NCBI GenBank assembly: GCA_963846575.1 | Contig: CAWJWJ010000002.1 | Span: forward strand, 1,824,001 to 1,888,000 | Length of the DNA stretch: 64,000 nt | Source: an uncultured Nitrospiraceae bacterium | Lineage (GTDB): Bacteria; Nitrospirota; Nitrospiria; Nitrospirales; Nitrospiraceae | Direction of reading: 5' to 3' | Part shown: piece after piece, positions 1 to 10,372 of the stretch | Position numbering within the stretch: position 1 is the first letter of the stretch | Layout of the letters: every line of letters begins with the position of its first letter | Notes under the pieces: model-generated | Seen by the model: the letters and a program-made list of their open reading frames with translations, nothing else | What the model was told of the DNA's origin: nothing | Database searches by the model: none | Position numbers and translations under genes: made by a program

Positions 1-182
1 GCGGGAACAGCCGCCCCGAGATTGCCGCTAGCATGCGTTACAGCGATGTGGTACCCTCCCCTTCATACCGTACGCGGTAGATCAATTTCATGAAGTAGCA
101 CTCGAAGTATTGGGACGGTCACCATCCTCTCATATCCGATGCCGCTGTTGAACTTCGTGCATGGGGCAATAAGGGCTTGCGC

Positions 183-1073
183 ATGTCGCGCGGAATTATT
201 TTCGGAGCAGGACTTCTCGCACTAACATTGCTGGCCTTGCTGTGTATCCCGCGCCACCTGCCGGTGACGCCGTCGGCGGCCGGTCATCCCGTCTTCAGTG
301 CCCGCTTTGAGAACGGACAGTTGATGCTGTCCGGTGTCGTGGGCAGCGAGAACGCCAAGGAGGCGGCGGTGGTTCGTGCACAGGACTTGATCAAGGGCAC
401 GAAGCTGCGAGTGACCGACGACCTTGAAGTGCTGGGCACCGGCGGAGCCGACTGGGAAAGCGCCCTGCCCACATTGCTCGCGCAATTTTCCACCCTCCAT
501 CACCAATCGGCTGCCCTCTCTCTCTCCGGCCATACGGCCACAATTAAAGGGGTCGTGTCGTCCGGCGAGGCGAAAACAAAGCTTCTCCATGAGGTCGCAT
601 CGATACTTGGCACCTCGATGAAGGTACAGGATCAGCTGACTGTCGCACCCGGCCTCGCAACCACGCTGTCTCCCGGTCAAGCGCCCGCAGCTCCCCATCA
701 GTCCAGAGCTCAGATTCAATCCGGCCTGGATGAGTTGTTGCGAGGCGAGTCGATCGCGTTCGAAAGCAACAGCGCCGTTCTGACGGCAAAGGGGCGGGCC
801 GTCATCGATAAACTGATTCCGGCAGTCAAACGTTCGCCTGAGGCCGTGATTGAAATCGGGGGCCATACCGACTCCTATGGCGATCCCGACTATAACCTTC
901 AGCTCAGCCGGACGCGGGCCGAAGCGGTCCGTCAATATATGCTCGACCACGCGGTCACGAATCGACTCACCGCCGTCGGCTATGGTTCGACTCGCCCCTT
1001 AAGTCCTGAACGGACGCGCGCCGCTTCCAGGAAAAACCGGCGCATCGAATTTCGCGTGAAAGAGGAACGGTGA
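183..1073 (+). CDS. OmpA-family peptidoglycan-binding protein with N-terminal membrane anchor and BON-like domains (ArfA/Rv0899-like architecture)
   Basis: C-terminal OmpA_C motifs IEIGGHTDSYG, NLQLSRTRAEAV, AVGYGSTRP, KNRRIEF; hydrophobic N-terminus; two BON-like repeats (LSGVV..E.AK / IKGVV..E.AK). Confidence 0.85.
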   Translation: MSRGIIFGAGLLALTLLALLCIPRHLPVTPSAAGHPVFSARFENGQLMLSGVVGSENAKEAAVVRAQDLIKGTKLRVTDDLEVLGTGGADWESALPTLLAQFSTLHHQSAALSLSGHTATIKGVVSSGEAKTKLLHEVASILGTSMKVQDQLTVAPGLATTLSPGQAPAAPHQSRAQIQSGLDELLRGESIAFESNSAVLTAKGRAVIDKLIPAVKRSPEAVIEIGGHTDSYGDPDYNLQLSRTRAEAVRQYMLDHAVTNRLTAVGYGSTRPLSPERTRAASRKNRRIEFRVKEER

Positions 1074-1077
1074 ACGT

Positions 1078-2328
1078 ATGGGAGCCATGATTCTGCAGAT
1101 GGTGGGATGCTTACTGCTGGCGGCGGCCATAGGACTGATGATGGGGTGGTTGCTTCGCAGCTTTGCCACTTCGGAAAAGCGTCAACAGTTGTCTGAGATC
1201 GCGGGCCGGCTCCGGGGACGGGAACATGAACTCGACACCCTCAATCATGAACTCAAAGTCCGCACGTCAGCCGTACAGATGCTGGAAGGCAAGATGATCA
1301 CCTCCGAGGCGGCGCTCAAAGACCTGACCGCCGACCTCGCCTCCAAAGTCGAGGAACTGACGACCCTGCAAGCCGACGTGGCGGAAAAGGGCGTTCGCCT
1401 GCATGCCGTGCAGCGTGAACGAGATACCCTCCGGCGTGAGGTGGAAGAGATTGAAGCGACGCTGCAGGAGAAGGCCGCGGGATTTGCAGACATGCAGACA
1501 CAGATGGAAAATGCGGAAGATGTGTTGATCAGCCGCGATCAGGAGATTGCGACCTTGAAAACCTGGGTCGAACAACTGGCGCCGAAAGACGCAGAAATCG
1601 CGCGGTTGCGCGGACGCATCGAAGAGTTGGAACCCTATGTGCAACGGAGCCGGCAGTTGGAGCGCGAACAGGAACAGGACGGGATCCGCGCCGCCTCCCA
1701 GTTGCAGGCCAAGGAGCAGGAACTTGCGGCCCACCAGAGCCGCCTCAAGCAGCGAGATGAGGAATTGTCCCTGTTGCGGACCCGAAGCCAGGAAGACCTG
1801 ACGCGCGTCGAACAGACGTTGCAGCAACGAGATACGGAGATTGAAAGGCTGCGCGCGACGGTCGAGGAATTGAACCGGTATCGGGAAGAAGTCGAAAAGA
1901 AAGATATCGCCCTTCGCGAGGCGGAGGAACGCCGGGTCATGGATATCAGCGAACGCGAAGAAGAGATCGGAGCCCTTCGCAAACGGCTGGTCGAGTATCG
2001 TGCGGCCCAGCGGGTCGGCGCGCCCTCCAAGTCCACGCCGCCGGCCGAATCCATCGCCCACAGTGCCTCGGCCACGGGACGACATGCGGGAAAGGTCCGA
2101 CCACATCAGAAGGACGACCTTAAGCAGATCCATGGCATCGGACCGGTCATGGAGCGGGTTCTGAACCGTATGGGGATGTTCACGTTTCGGCAGATTGCCG
2201 AGTGGAAAGATCAAGACGTCGAACATATGGCGTCCGAACTCAATACCTTTCCGGATCGCATCCGCCATGACAATTGGATCGCCGGCGCGAAAGAACAGCA
2301 TTTTATCAAATACGGAGAAGAACTCTAA
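1078..2328 (+). CDS. Membrane-anchored coiled-coil protein with C-terminal helix-hairpin-helix domain
   Basis: N-terminal TM, about 280 aa heptad-rich region, C-terminal DDLKQIHGIGPVMERVLNRMGMFTFRQIAEW (HhH, DUF4332/NuoE-tail-like); starts 4 bp after the OmpA gene. Confidence 0.75.
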   Translation: MGAMILQMVGCLLLAAAIGLMMGWLLRSFATSEKRQQLSEIAGRLRGREHELDTLNHELKVRTSAVQMLEGKMITSEAALKDLTADLASKVEELTTLQADVAEKGVRLHAVQRERDTLRREVEEIEATLQEKAAGFADMQTQMENAEDVLISRDQEIATLKTWVEQLAPKDAEIARLRGRIEELEPYVQRSRQLEREQEQDGIRAASQLQAKEQELAAHQSRLKQRDEELSLLRTRSQEDLTRVEQTLQQRDTEIERLRATVEELNRYREEVEKKDIALREAEERRVMDISEREEEIGALRKRLVEYRAAQRVGAPSKSTPPAESIAHSASATGRHAGKVRPHQKDDLKQIHGIGPVMERVLNRMGMFTFRQIAEWKDQDVEHMASELNTFPDRIRHDNWIAGAKEQHFIKYGEEL

Positions 2329-2424
2329 CCGCCGGAGCGATCCGGTGGAACGACCCCCTGCACGCTCCCGGTTCACGCGCGCCGTGGTCTTGCATTCTCT
2401 CTCGCCCCCTGCGGATGATCCGCA

Positions 2425-3213
2425 ATGATCACATCAACCTTCTGCCTGCTTCCTGGGATCGGACTTCAAACGGAGCGTCGATTCTGGCGGGAGGGACTGT
2501 CTACCTGGGATCGTTTTCTGGCCGCTCGCACGGTCCGGGGGATCAGCGCTGCCCGAAAGACGCTGTTCGATGACCGGATCGCGGTAGCTCAGGAGCAGTT
2601 CTCTCGAGGCGCGAGCCGCTACTTTTCCAGGATCCTCCCCTCTCGTCACCAATGGCGCCTCTACGAATGGCTGCGGGGGCGGGCTCTGTATCTCGATATA
2701 GAGACCGACTCCTTTGGACGGATCACGGTGGTAGGGCTCTACGGTCGGGACAGTTACACCGCATTGGTGCAGGGGGAATCGCTGGGACTCGTCCGGCTGA
2801 AGGACGAGTTGTCCCGATACGATTTGCTGGTTACCTTCTGCGGCTCGACGTTCGACCTGCCCATGCTGCGCGCGCACTTTCCTGATCTTTCGTTCGATCA
2901 GCCCCATATCGATCTCTGCGGAGTCGGCCGGCAGTTGGGATACCGCGGCGGACTGAAAGCCATTGAACGCAGGATGGGCATTGAACGAATTCACGCCCTT
3001 CAAGGGTTCACGGGAGAGGATGCGGTACGGCAGTGGAATCGCTGGCGGCATCAGCGCGACGGGAATGCGCGGCGTCTCTTGCTGGCCTACAACGAGGCCG
3101 ATTGCGTCAACCTCCAACCTCTCGCGGATGCGTTCTACTGCCGACTGGTCCGGGCGTCAGGGATTGAAGACTTCACGGCTGAACCAATCGACACAATTTC
3201 CGGGCGGCGGTGA
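2425..3213 (+). CDS. RNase H-like (YprB/RNase_H_2) exonuclease-family protein
   Basis: DEDD-type motifs YLDIET, LVTFCGSTFDLPML, HIDL, GGLKAIE, YNEAD. Confidence 0.85.
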   Translation: MITSTFCLLPGIGLQTERRFWREGLSTWDRFLAARTVRGISAARKTLFDDRIAVAQEQFSRGASRYFSRILPSRHQWRLYEWLRGRALYLDIETDSFGRITVVGLYGRDSYTALVQGESLGLVRLKDELSRYDLLVTFCGSTFDLPMLRAHFPDLSFDQPHIDLCGVGRQLGYRGGLKAIERRMGIERIHALQGFTGEDAVRQWNRWRHQRDGNARRLLLAYNEADCVNLQPLADAFYCRLVRASGIEDFTAEPIDTISGRR

Positions 3214-3219
3214 AGGGGA

Positions 3220-3540
3220 TCAGGCGCGAGGGCCTGAGGCGTTGGAGCGTCTCGCTTTGCTGACACCTGTGGCGGCGGGACGAAGCCTGCGGCGATGTAA
3301 CGTTGCATTCTGCTGTGTGTGTTCGAAACGTACCTGAAACTGGTCAATGAGTTCCTGCGGCGCCACACGCGCCTGCGCTGCTGTCAGCTGCACCTCCGTG
3401 ACAAACTGGTTGAGCCCCGCCACCGGTCGCCATCCCACCTGGACGCCGTCGCTCATCACCGTGAGCGCGACCGGCACCAGCGCCAGAATGCGTCCTTCCC
3501 GATCGTACACCACGTGGTAGCATGCCTTCGTCGCTTTCAT
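3220..3540 (-). CDS. Hypothetical protein
   Basis: ORF from ATG 3540 (MKATKACYHVVYDREGRILA); ATGA overlap with the stop of the upstream gene. Confidence 0.6.
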   Translation of the reverse strand: MKATKACYHVVYDREGRILALVPVALTVMSDGVQVGWRPVAGLNQFVTEVQLTAAQARVAPQELIDQFQVRFEHTQQNATLHRRRLRPAATGVSKARRSNASGPRA

Positions 3541-3869
3541 CGGGCCGGCGCCACAACCATGCGAGGACGAAACGTCGCGCTGTCGTGGCCGGGGTTGCGC
3601 CACGTGGCGAGCCAGTTGGTGCTGGCCGGGCCGGGCGAAGGACGGCGCTCCCTCACAGGACGTTGCGCGACGATTTCAATGGTCGCAGCAGGAACGGGAC
3701 GGTCCGGTCGTACATCCGTATATTCCGGCACGGCGCTCATCCAGTGCCAACGATCCGGCTCGATCAGCGAATGCCCGTTGCCATCGACGACCCAATGAAG
3801 CAACGTCACCTCCGCGCCGGCAGCCACCACCACCTCGGGCCATGTGTAGACATCAACCGTCACTCCCAT
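3537..3869 (-). CDS. Hypothetical Trp-rich beta-type protein
   Basis: GGAGG RBS before ATG; translationally coupled to 3220-3540. Confidence 0.65.
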   Translation of the reverse strand: MGVTVDVYTWPEVVVAAGAEVTLLHWVVDGNGHSLIEPDRWHWMSAVPEYTDVRPDRPVPAATIEIVAQRPVRERRPSPGPASTNWLATWRNPGHDSATFRPRMVVAPAR

Positions 3870-4218
3870 GCGATCCTCCAGGTTTCCTGCCGCAGCGATT
3901 CACACCCTCAACTCGAGAGCGAAACCTGCCCCGCGCCACAAACTTCTTCCAATGGATGAGGAGTATAGCCAGCAGCTGCAGGATGGTCAATTCGCAGATG
4001 GAGTTGATTGGGCCCGGAGATCCCTGGGAAAAGAGTGCACCAGCCGATTGGCTTCGCACCCGCCCTTCACATGACCGCCTGAGTCAAGCCGATGCATGAG
4101 CACTGCTTTGTTTCGTTGTGTCCCGGCCTGACACCTGTGGAGAAAAGTCTTCTCAAGCGACGCGTGGCGAGCGTGCCGTTATGTGCAGCGCTCATCAGCT
4201 TCCCCGCGTGACGGTCAC

Positions 4219-5076
4219 TCAGTAGAGAATCGAGGGAAGAAACGCGCCGGAGGGTTGCTGATAGAGACCAGTACTCATCAAGGTCATCGGATAGGTTATG
4301 CGCAGGCCGTGATCAAGGCACCAGCGCAACAACTCGCCATTCCGGGTCGGCAGCAGAAATCCGGGGCTTTGAAACGAAGTCGCCGCACCGATCAATGCTT
4401 TCAATTCTTCGTTCGTCCGGCCGACGGCATGCCCAAAAAACCCGAGCAGGGTGGCATACCCCGTGACCGTGCCGCCATATTCCACCACGAGGGCGGTGCC
4501 CTGCTTAGTCGCCTCAAACAATTCCCGTTTCCTGTCGTGTCCATGAACCTGGAAACACAACCGATTGCAGGCATCAAGATCTCCGGCCGTCGCCGACCGT
4601 ACCGTATACCCCGGATGTTGAATGCCCAACAGCGGACCCTGCATGACCGAAAGCGGTTCGCGCGCATCGAAACCAAGCTTGCTATACAGAGAGAGTGAGC
4701 GGTTGTGGTATGCCGCCTGCACGAGACGCACGCCGGCAAAATATTTGGCGCGGGCGCGATCCAGGACACGTTCCATCAACTGGCGCCCGATCGAGCCATT
4801 TTGCACCGACGGGTCGACTGTGATCGGCCCGACGCCTGCGATCACATCCCCTTCCCAGAGAAAGTTGCTCCCGACGATACCGCGTTCCATCTCTGCGACA
4901 ACGGAGTAGATGTCATTTTTTGATAATAACATCGTGAGAAGGCCGACCGCTGTCTCCGGTTGTGGAAAATCGACCGGAAAGTTGTGCTGCTCTGCGATGA
5001 GGCGGAAGGCCTCGTAGAACACGGCCCCGCAGGCCTGCGCGTCCTCACTGATTCCCGGCCGAAACGTCGCGTGCAT
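4219..5076 (-). CDS. GNAT family N-acetyltransferase (two-domain)
   Basis: Motif A ITVDPSVQNGSIGRQLM and motif B SLSLYSKLGF. Confidence 0.85.
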   Translation of the reverse strand: MHATFRPGISEDAQACGAVFYEAFRLIAEQHNFPVDFPQPETAVGLLTMLLSKNDIYSVVAEMERGIVGSNFLWEGDVIAGVGPITVDPSVQNGSIGRQLMERVLDRARAKYFAGVRLVQAAYHNRSLSLYSKLGFDAREPLSVMQGPLLGIQHPGYTVRSATAGDLDACNRLCFQVHGHDRKRELFEATKQGTALVVEYGGTVTGYATLLGFFGHAVGRTNEELKALIGAATSFQSPGFLLPTRNGELLRWCLDHGLRITYPMTLMSTGLYQQPSGAFLPSILY

Positions 5077-5231
5077 GGCAAGTTCCTTTCACTGGCCGGT
5101 CCGCATCACCAGGCCTCGAACGCGCACAGCCTGCGGCCAGGGTACGTTTCGATGTGAGCCCTGTCAACTCCGGGACACGGCATGCTCAAGAATGGATCAC
5201 CCTGTCGCATACGTACCGAACCGGGCGGCCC

Positions 5232-5545
5232 CTATTCCTCGAAACCAGGACGAAGGAGGAATGGGCCATAGACCGCCGCGAACAGCAGATAGACGCCACT
5301 CCAGCTTGCCGCAGCAAAACTCAGCATGAGCGTCGTCGACACGCCTGTCCCGGGCCCGAACACCCGCAGGATGGCACCAACTGTCACCAGGGTATCCATG
5401 CTCACGGTGGCGTGCCCCGCATGTCTGGGCCGTCCCGTATGGCCCAGGCGCGCACGAGTCATGACCCTCAACGTCATCACGCCGATTGCGCCGGTGGTCA
5501 GTGCATGCACCGCGTCTTCATGCGACAGGCTGACCAGCCCGAAGA
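5232..5545 (-). pseudogene. nnrS: 3' remnant of an NnrS-family membrane protein
   Basis: HALTTGAIGVMTLRVMTRARLGHTGRP...YGPFLLRP matches the NnrS C-terminus; the rest of the gene is absent. Confidence 0.7.
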
Positions 5546-5794
5546 CAGACGCGGGTCATATTGGTGCTGTGCGCGGCGGCCCGCGAGCCGGCAGTGCCTC
5601 AGCGAATTAAGGCTCTCTGTTCATGAAGCCCCAGAGGAAGGCGAGAAGAATGCTGGCGGCCGTGTGATTCTGCCCGAAGCCCGGATCTTGCTGTGCGGTT
5701 ACGAGACGGCTGGACCGGGGAACCGGCACTTCAGACCACCCTTTAGGTATCTCCAGCCGGCCGAAGCACTCCGTGACGAGGTGGGATCGGCAAC

Positions 5795-6748
5795 TCATGA
5801 AGCGGCAAGCTCAAGGTGTCGTTCATACCATGCGATGGTCCGCCTCAAGCCTTCGTCGAGCGACACCTTGGGAGTCCACCCCATCAACTCTTCTGCCGCT
5901 GTGAGATCGGCCTGACGCACTTGCTCAAGCTGGCGATCTGATCGCGTCCTGAAGAGAGGAACGATATCGGATCCCGTCAACTTCACGAGCTTCTCGACCA
6001 CGGTTCGAACCGTTTCGACTCGTCCCGACCCGATATCGATCGTTTTACCTTCGATATTGTCCGCAACCGCCGATGTCAGAAGCGCCTCCACGACATCATC
6101 GATATAAATCCAATCAATGGGGCGCTGGCCGCTGGAGAATGTGGGCACGTCTCCTTTCAACACCGAACGGATGGCATACGGAATAAGTTTTTGCATCGCG
6201 CGCTGGCCGGGTCCATAAACCATGAAGACCCGTAAGATCACGATCGGCAGTTGATAGAGCGCGTGAAACATCCGGGCATAGGCGCTACTGGCCCATTTCG
6301 TAACCGCGTAGGGGGAACTCGGGACGACCTCGTCGTGGTCCGACGACGGCTCCTCGAGCGATCCGGGCAGAACCAATCGTTCGCAGCCTATGGCTTGAGC
6401 AGCCGTCAGTAGATTCACGGTGGACGTGAGATTACCCTCGAACGTCGGCACGATCGCATCAGTGCTCCGCGTTCCGACCACATGGCCTGCCAAATGATAG
6501 ATGACGTGAGGCTTCACATCCTCGAGGACGCGTACGGTGGTGGGCAGATCGGCCATGTTTGCTTCATACCAGCGTATGGCTGCAGGTGCCCGGCGTTGCC
6601 GACCCCGTGAGACCGCATAGACGCATGCACCCACCTGAGCAAGGCGATCGAGCAGGTGTGCCCCGATAAACCCTCTACCACCAGTCACCAACACTCGCTT
6701 CCCGGCCAATGCGCTGAGGTTTGTCATAGTCGGCTCTGCAACCTCCAC
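5795..6748 (-). CDS. NAD-dependent epimerase/dehydratase (alternative start 6727)
   Basis: VLVTGGRGFIG, YAVTK (YxxxK), LRVFMVYGPGQ. Confidence 0.9.
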   Translation of the reverse strand: MEVAEPTMTNLSALAGKRVLVTGGRGFIGAHLLDRLAQVGACVYAVSRGRQRRAPAAIRWYEANMADLPTTVRVLEDVKPHVIYHLAGHVVGTRSTDAIVPTFEGNLTSTVNLLTAAQAIGCERLVLPGSLEEPSSDHDEVVPSSPYAVTKWASSAYARMFHALYQLPIVILRVFMVYGPGQRAMQKLIPYAIRSVLKGDVPTFSSGQRPIDWIYIDDVVEALLTSAVADNIEGKTIDIGSGRVETVRTVVEKLVKLTGSDIVPLFRTRSDRQLEQVRQADLTAAEELMGWTPKVSLDEGLRRTIAWYERHLELAAS

Positions 6749-6959
6749 TTCGCACGATCATATCTCCGGCCGGCCATCTCGCGCCGGGTTAGGAGCGAGA
6801 CTGACCGCTCCCAGTTGACACAGTTCCGACATCTCCCAATGCCTGTATTTTTTATACTCGCCGGTTGGATCTAATACAACCCCGGAAAATGGAGCGCTTA
6901 ATGAGCCGTGTGAATGATGAAAGAGGTCGCCCGAGACCCCTGTCTCCCGAAATTCCTCT

Positions 6960-9900
6960 TTACCGGATCGTGGCAAGGTATTCGATGAGGAGGACGAGGC
7001 CAGTGCCGCCGGTCGGCAATGCAATGGCGCCGAAAATCGGATGTTGGGTGAACGGCAGAAATGCCCCCTCGCGGTTCCGGGCGATCAGGTCGGCCATTCG
7101 TCCAATCTGTATCACGCTCGCGGATCCCTCCGGCAGGCCGGTCAATCCGGCTCGCAACTGGGCCAGGGCCATCCGCTTGGCCGCCTCAGCCGAACGACGC
7201 AAGTAGACGGCGTTCCCCAGCGCGTAGGCCGCGTTCAAACCGAAAATGACCACCAGGCTGATGGGAAAATCCCAACGGTCGAAGTACGTGTGCCGGGCGA
7301 TTATCATGAGAAACAGCACCACGACAGGATAATAAAGCATGCCGCTGATGACGGCCGTGCGCTGCGCAATGAATTCGATGCCCACCCACTCGTTCAAAAC
7401 GGTCCTGCCCACGCCATGGTGCACCGCCTCACGCGCCAGGAGATCCTCGGGCCACGCGAGCCTGGTGGCAATCATGATCTTGATCAAGCGGCGGCAGAGT
7501 CTGGTTGCGTCCACCACATAGAAGATCAACAGGATCATTCCAACGACGCTCAACAACAACACGAGCCGGTTGATGTCGAAACAAGCCGCGCCCCGGCAGG
7601 GCAGCGTGGGCACATCAAACAACGTCGTCAATATGAATCCCAGGATCGCATAAGAGACCGTTTGAGGGAGGATGCGGTAGAGCCGCTGCTTCCAGCGACC
7701 CAGGGCTTGGTATTCCTGCCACAGGTCGGCCGCCGGCAGGCCTCCCCCAGGGTGAGGACGCCAGTAGTGAATCCCCAACGGCGAACAAGGAATTACCGGC
7801 CTGGGTTTCCAGGACGGGAGACCGAATCTCAAGGCCAGGGCTCGATCGTTTTCCCTCAGCCTCATTGATGCGTCGTACAGGAATGCTCCGCAGAGGAACA
7901 ACGCGACGAGTCGAATGAACGTCGTCGGCCAGACGCTGACCCCGTCCATGAGACTGAACGGTTCCCCTCCCGCCCCATCACGCATCGCCCACAGGAAGAG
8001 ACCGGCCATGGTGCCCAGAAAGGCGACCATGAACAGCAGCTTGTCCCAACGGTGACGGTTTCGAAGTATTTCCAGGAACTCACTGTTGAGCAGCAAGGCG
8101 CACAGCAGCGCCGCACCCAGTGCCAGGAGCACGAGTCCGATGGTCCGGGTCTCGGGGAGGCGCTGCGTGCCGCGCACGACATCCAAGTCGGGACGCGGCG
8201 CATGAATACCCCGCACTCCCGGCTGAACCAGACTGAGGTCCACGGCGCCATGCCGGCCCACTTCGTAGAGCCTCGGCTTGTCCGCGGTCGAGTAGGTTTT
8301 CGCGGTCGACGCGCTCCGTACCTGCTCGTTCGCCGGATCCGTCCGTAGATAGTCCACGGCTTGCAACGCCGAATAAAACAAGGCGGTCTGATAACTGTCT
8401 CGAAAGGGAGGGATGGGCGTTTGAAGATCCGGGTGCAGTTCCAGTCCGAAATGTGACGCAATGATCAGATTCCGCGTCCACTGTCCCTGCCCTGAGTGGG
8501 TCACCCTGGCATCCAGGTCGGTGGTAAACAAGATCGCCCGAGGAAAGTCGTCCCGTAATGCTTGCAGGATCATGAGTTTGTCATAGACATCGCTACCCAG
8601 AACGCCGATGGCTTCAAAGGCCCTGCCTTCGTGTTTCAGGGTTTCCGCCAAACGGCGGACATAATCCAGCTGGCTGCGACCGGTGGGCGTTTCTCCGGCG
8701 CTCCTGGGAAACCCCAAGATCTGGTCTCCCGGTGTTCCCTTGCCCTGGGAACCGGCACCATCCTTTCCGTCCGCTTTCGGCGGTAACTCCCCGTCCAACC
8801 CGGCGAGATACGAATAACGGTGAACCCAGGTGGGCCATGCGCCTGCGCGAAGCCGGTTGAGCTCAGGCTCGAATCGTCTTCCTTCCGGGGCATCGCTGGC
8901 CCTGGCCATGCTTTCGGCCACGGCCACAAACGTCAGCGGCAAAGCCCGTCCATAGAGCGTATCCCATTCGGAAATCAACGCGACGTGAGGAACCTGGCAG
9001 GTGTCTTTCTCATGTGAGACAGCGGTCGGATCCGCGGTCCCATCCTTCAAATCCTTGCTGCAGTCCCCTGCCTCGGCCCGTGCGATCGTGAGGTCGACTC
9101 GACGGCGCTTCAGCTCCTGGACGAGCTGTTCTGCCAGTTCGTCATCCGTTCCGATCGTCCTGACAAATGACAGTCCACGCTGAGTGAACGCACCCGCGAC
9201 ATCCTGTTCATCCGCCGCCTTGCGTGGCTCGTCGAATAAAAAAGGAATGGCGGCGGTGGCCCAGGAGGAATAGAAAGTCGCGCCTTTCAACGCGCTGAGG
9301 TCGGAAGAAGGCCGCGTCAGTTCACTGAGCATCGCGGCGAGTGTGCCGGAGGTGCGCGGGCCCAACACCCTGTAACTCGCGCCTCCTTGACCGGGCCTGT
9401 CATTCAGATAGGTGATCAGCCCGCCCAAGATCGCCAGGGGATCGGGACTGAAATCCTGCTCTTTGAGCCACAACACCAACACCGGTTGTCTGCCCGACGA
9501 GATCCGGCTGTTCGAATCCGGCAGAAACCATTCAGCCGGGATCAGCAGCGGTGAGTCGGCAGACCGGGGCCATTCGACATAACGAATGTATTCTCCGGAT
9601 TCGGGCAGGTACCCTGCAGCACCCAGCGCCGAGCCCACGGCGTACCGTTCCTTCAACCTGGACTCAACCCCGTTGGCATAGGGGCTGCCATCCATAAAGA
9701 CGGGAAGCATTCGGAACCCCGATACGGCGGGCTCGAGGCGGATCGCCCGTAACAGATCGGAAAATGTGTGATGCGAATGAGCATGGGTCCCGCCGACGGG
9801 TTTCGATGATACCTCCTTGAGCTGATGAGTCGAGACGGCTTCGAACGGATCCTGCCAGAGCCGGGCCTGCACGCGATCGGCCTTCACGGACAGGTATTTC

Positions 9901-10034
9901 TCGGCCTCCTTATCGATCGGGCGCGAAGTCTTGAGCGGCACCTGGTAAATGATGAGACTGCTCACGGCCGCCAGCACCAGGGCGATCAGGCCAGTCAGGG
10001 GCAGCTTGAATTTCTCATCCGGTGGTTCGGCCAT
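6960..10034 (-). CDS. Large hypothetical membrane protein: signal anchor, about 600-aa extracytoplasmic alpha/beta region, multi-TM C-terminus
   Basis: 1024-aa ORF; hydrophobicity pattern; motifs ARLWQDPF, VALISEWDTLYGR, AIGVLGSDVYDKL, FTTDLDAR. Confidence 0.8.
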   Translation of the reverse strand: MAEPPDEKFKLPLTGLIALVLAAVSSLIIYQVPLKTSRPIDKEAEKYLSVKADRVQARLWQDPFEAVSTHQLKEVSSKPVGGTHAHSHHTFSDLLRAIRLEPAVSGFRMLPVFMDGSPYANGVESRLKERYAVGSALGAAGYLPESGEYIRYVEWPRSADSPLLIPAEWFLPDSNSRISSGRQPVLVLWLKEQDFSPDPLAILGGLITYLNDRPGQGGASYRVLGPRTSGTLAAMLSELTRPSSDLSALKGATFYSSWATAAIPFLFDEPRKAADEQDVAGAFTQRGLSFVRTIGTDDELAEQLVQELKRRRVDLTIARAEAGDCSKDLKDGTADPTAVSHEKDTCQVPHVALISEWDTLYGRALPLTFVAVAESMARASDAPEGRRFEPELNRLRAGAWPTWVHRYSYLAGLDGELPPKADGKDGAGSQGKGTPGDQILGFPRSAGETPTGRSQLDYVRRLAETLKHEGRAFEAIGVLGSDVYDKLMILQALRDDFPRAILFTTDLDARVTHSGQGQWTRNLIIASHFGLELHPDLQTPIPPFRDSYQTALFYSALQAVDYLRTDPANEQVRSASTAKTYSTADKPRLYEVGRHGAVDLSLVQPGVRGIHAPRPDLDVVRGTQRLPETRTIGLVLLALGAALLCALLLNSEFLEILRNRHRWDKLLFMVAFLGTMAGLFLWAMRDGAGGEPFSLMDGVSVWPTTFIRLVALFLCGAFLYDASMRLRENDRALALRFGLPSWKPRPVIPCSPLGIHYWRPHPGGGLPAADLWQEYQALGRWKQRLYRILPQTVSYAILGFILTTLFDVPTLPCRGAACFDINRLVLLLSVVGMILLIFYVVDATRLCRRLIKIMIATRLAWPEDLLAREAVHHGVGRTVLNEWVGIEFIAQRTAVISGMLYYPVVVLFLMIIARHTYFDRWDFPISLVVIFGLNAAYALGNAVYLRRSAEAAKRMALAQLRAGLTGLPEGSASVIQIGRMADLIARNREGAFLPFTQHPIFGAIALPTGGTGLVLLIEYLATIR

Positions 10035-10337
10035 GGAACGTCCTGCCTCCGTATTCGGTCTGAGTCGACCCCTCGAGAGTCGGCGACAGGCTAATCTCGG
10101 GAAAGGGAGCTGTCAACGGAGGAAGACGCCATCTGCCGCAAGGCACGGTCAAGCAGCAAATGTTTCTCTCATACGGACGATCCATCTCATCATCCTAGCG
10201 AGCCTGTCCGAACGCACCGCTCAGCTCTCGGAGGGTGACTCCGGGTCGCCTCCAACCGCGTGCGTGCAACGAGAGCTTCCAGGCCCCCGCGTAGCGTGAG
10301 CTCGGATGTTGTTCGGACCACCCTCCTTCCCCTGCGT

Positions 10338-10366
10338 TTGACTTCAACTTTTGCCCTATCTACAAT
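10338..10366 (+). promoter_or_regulatory. Sigma70-type promoter for dnaE (probably leaderless mRNA)
   Basis: TTGACT (10338-43), 17 bp, TACAAT (10361-66); GTG start 6 nt later; no SD sequence. Confidence 0.7.
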
Positions 10367-10372
10367 CGCCCC

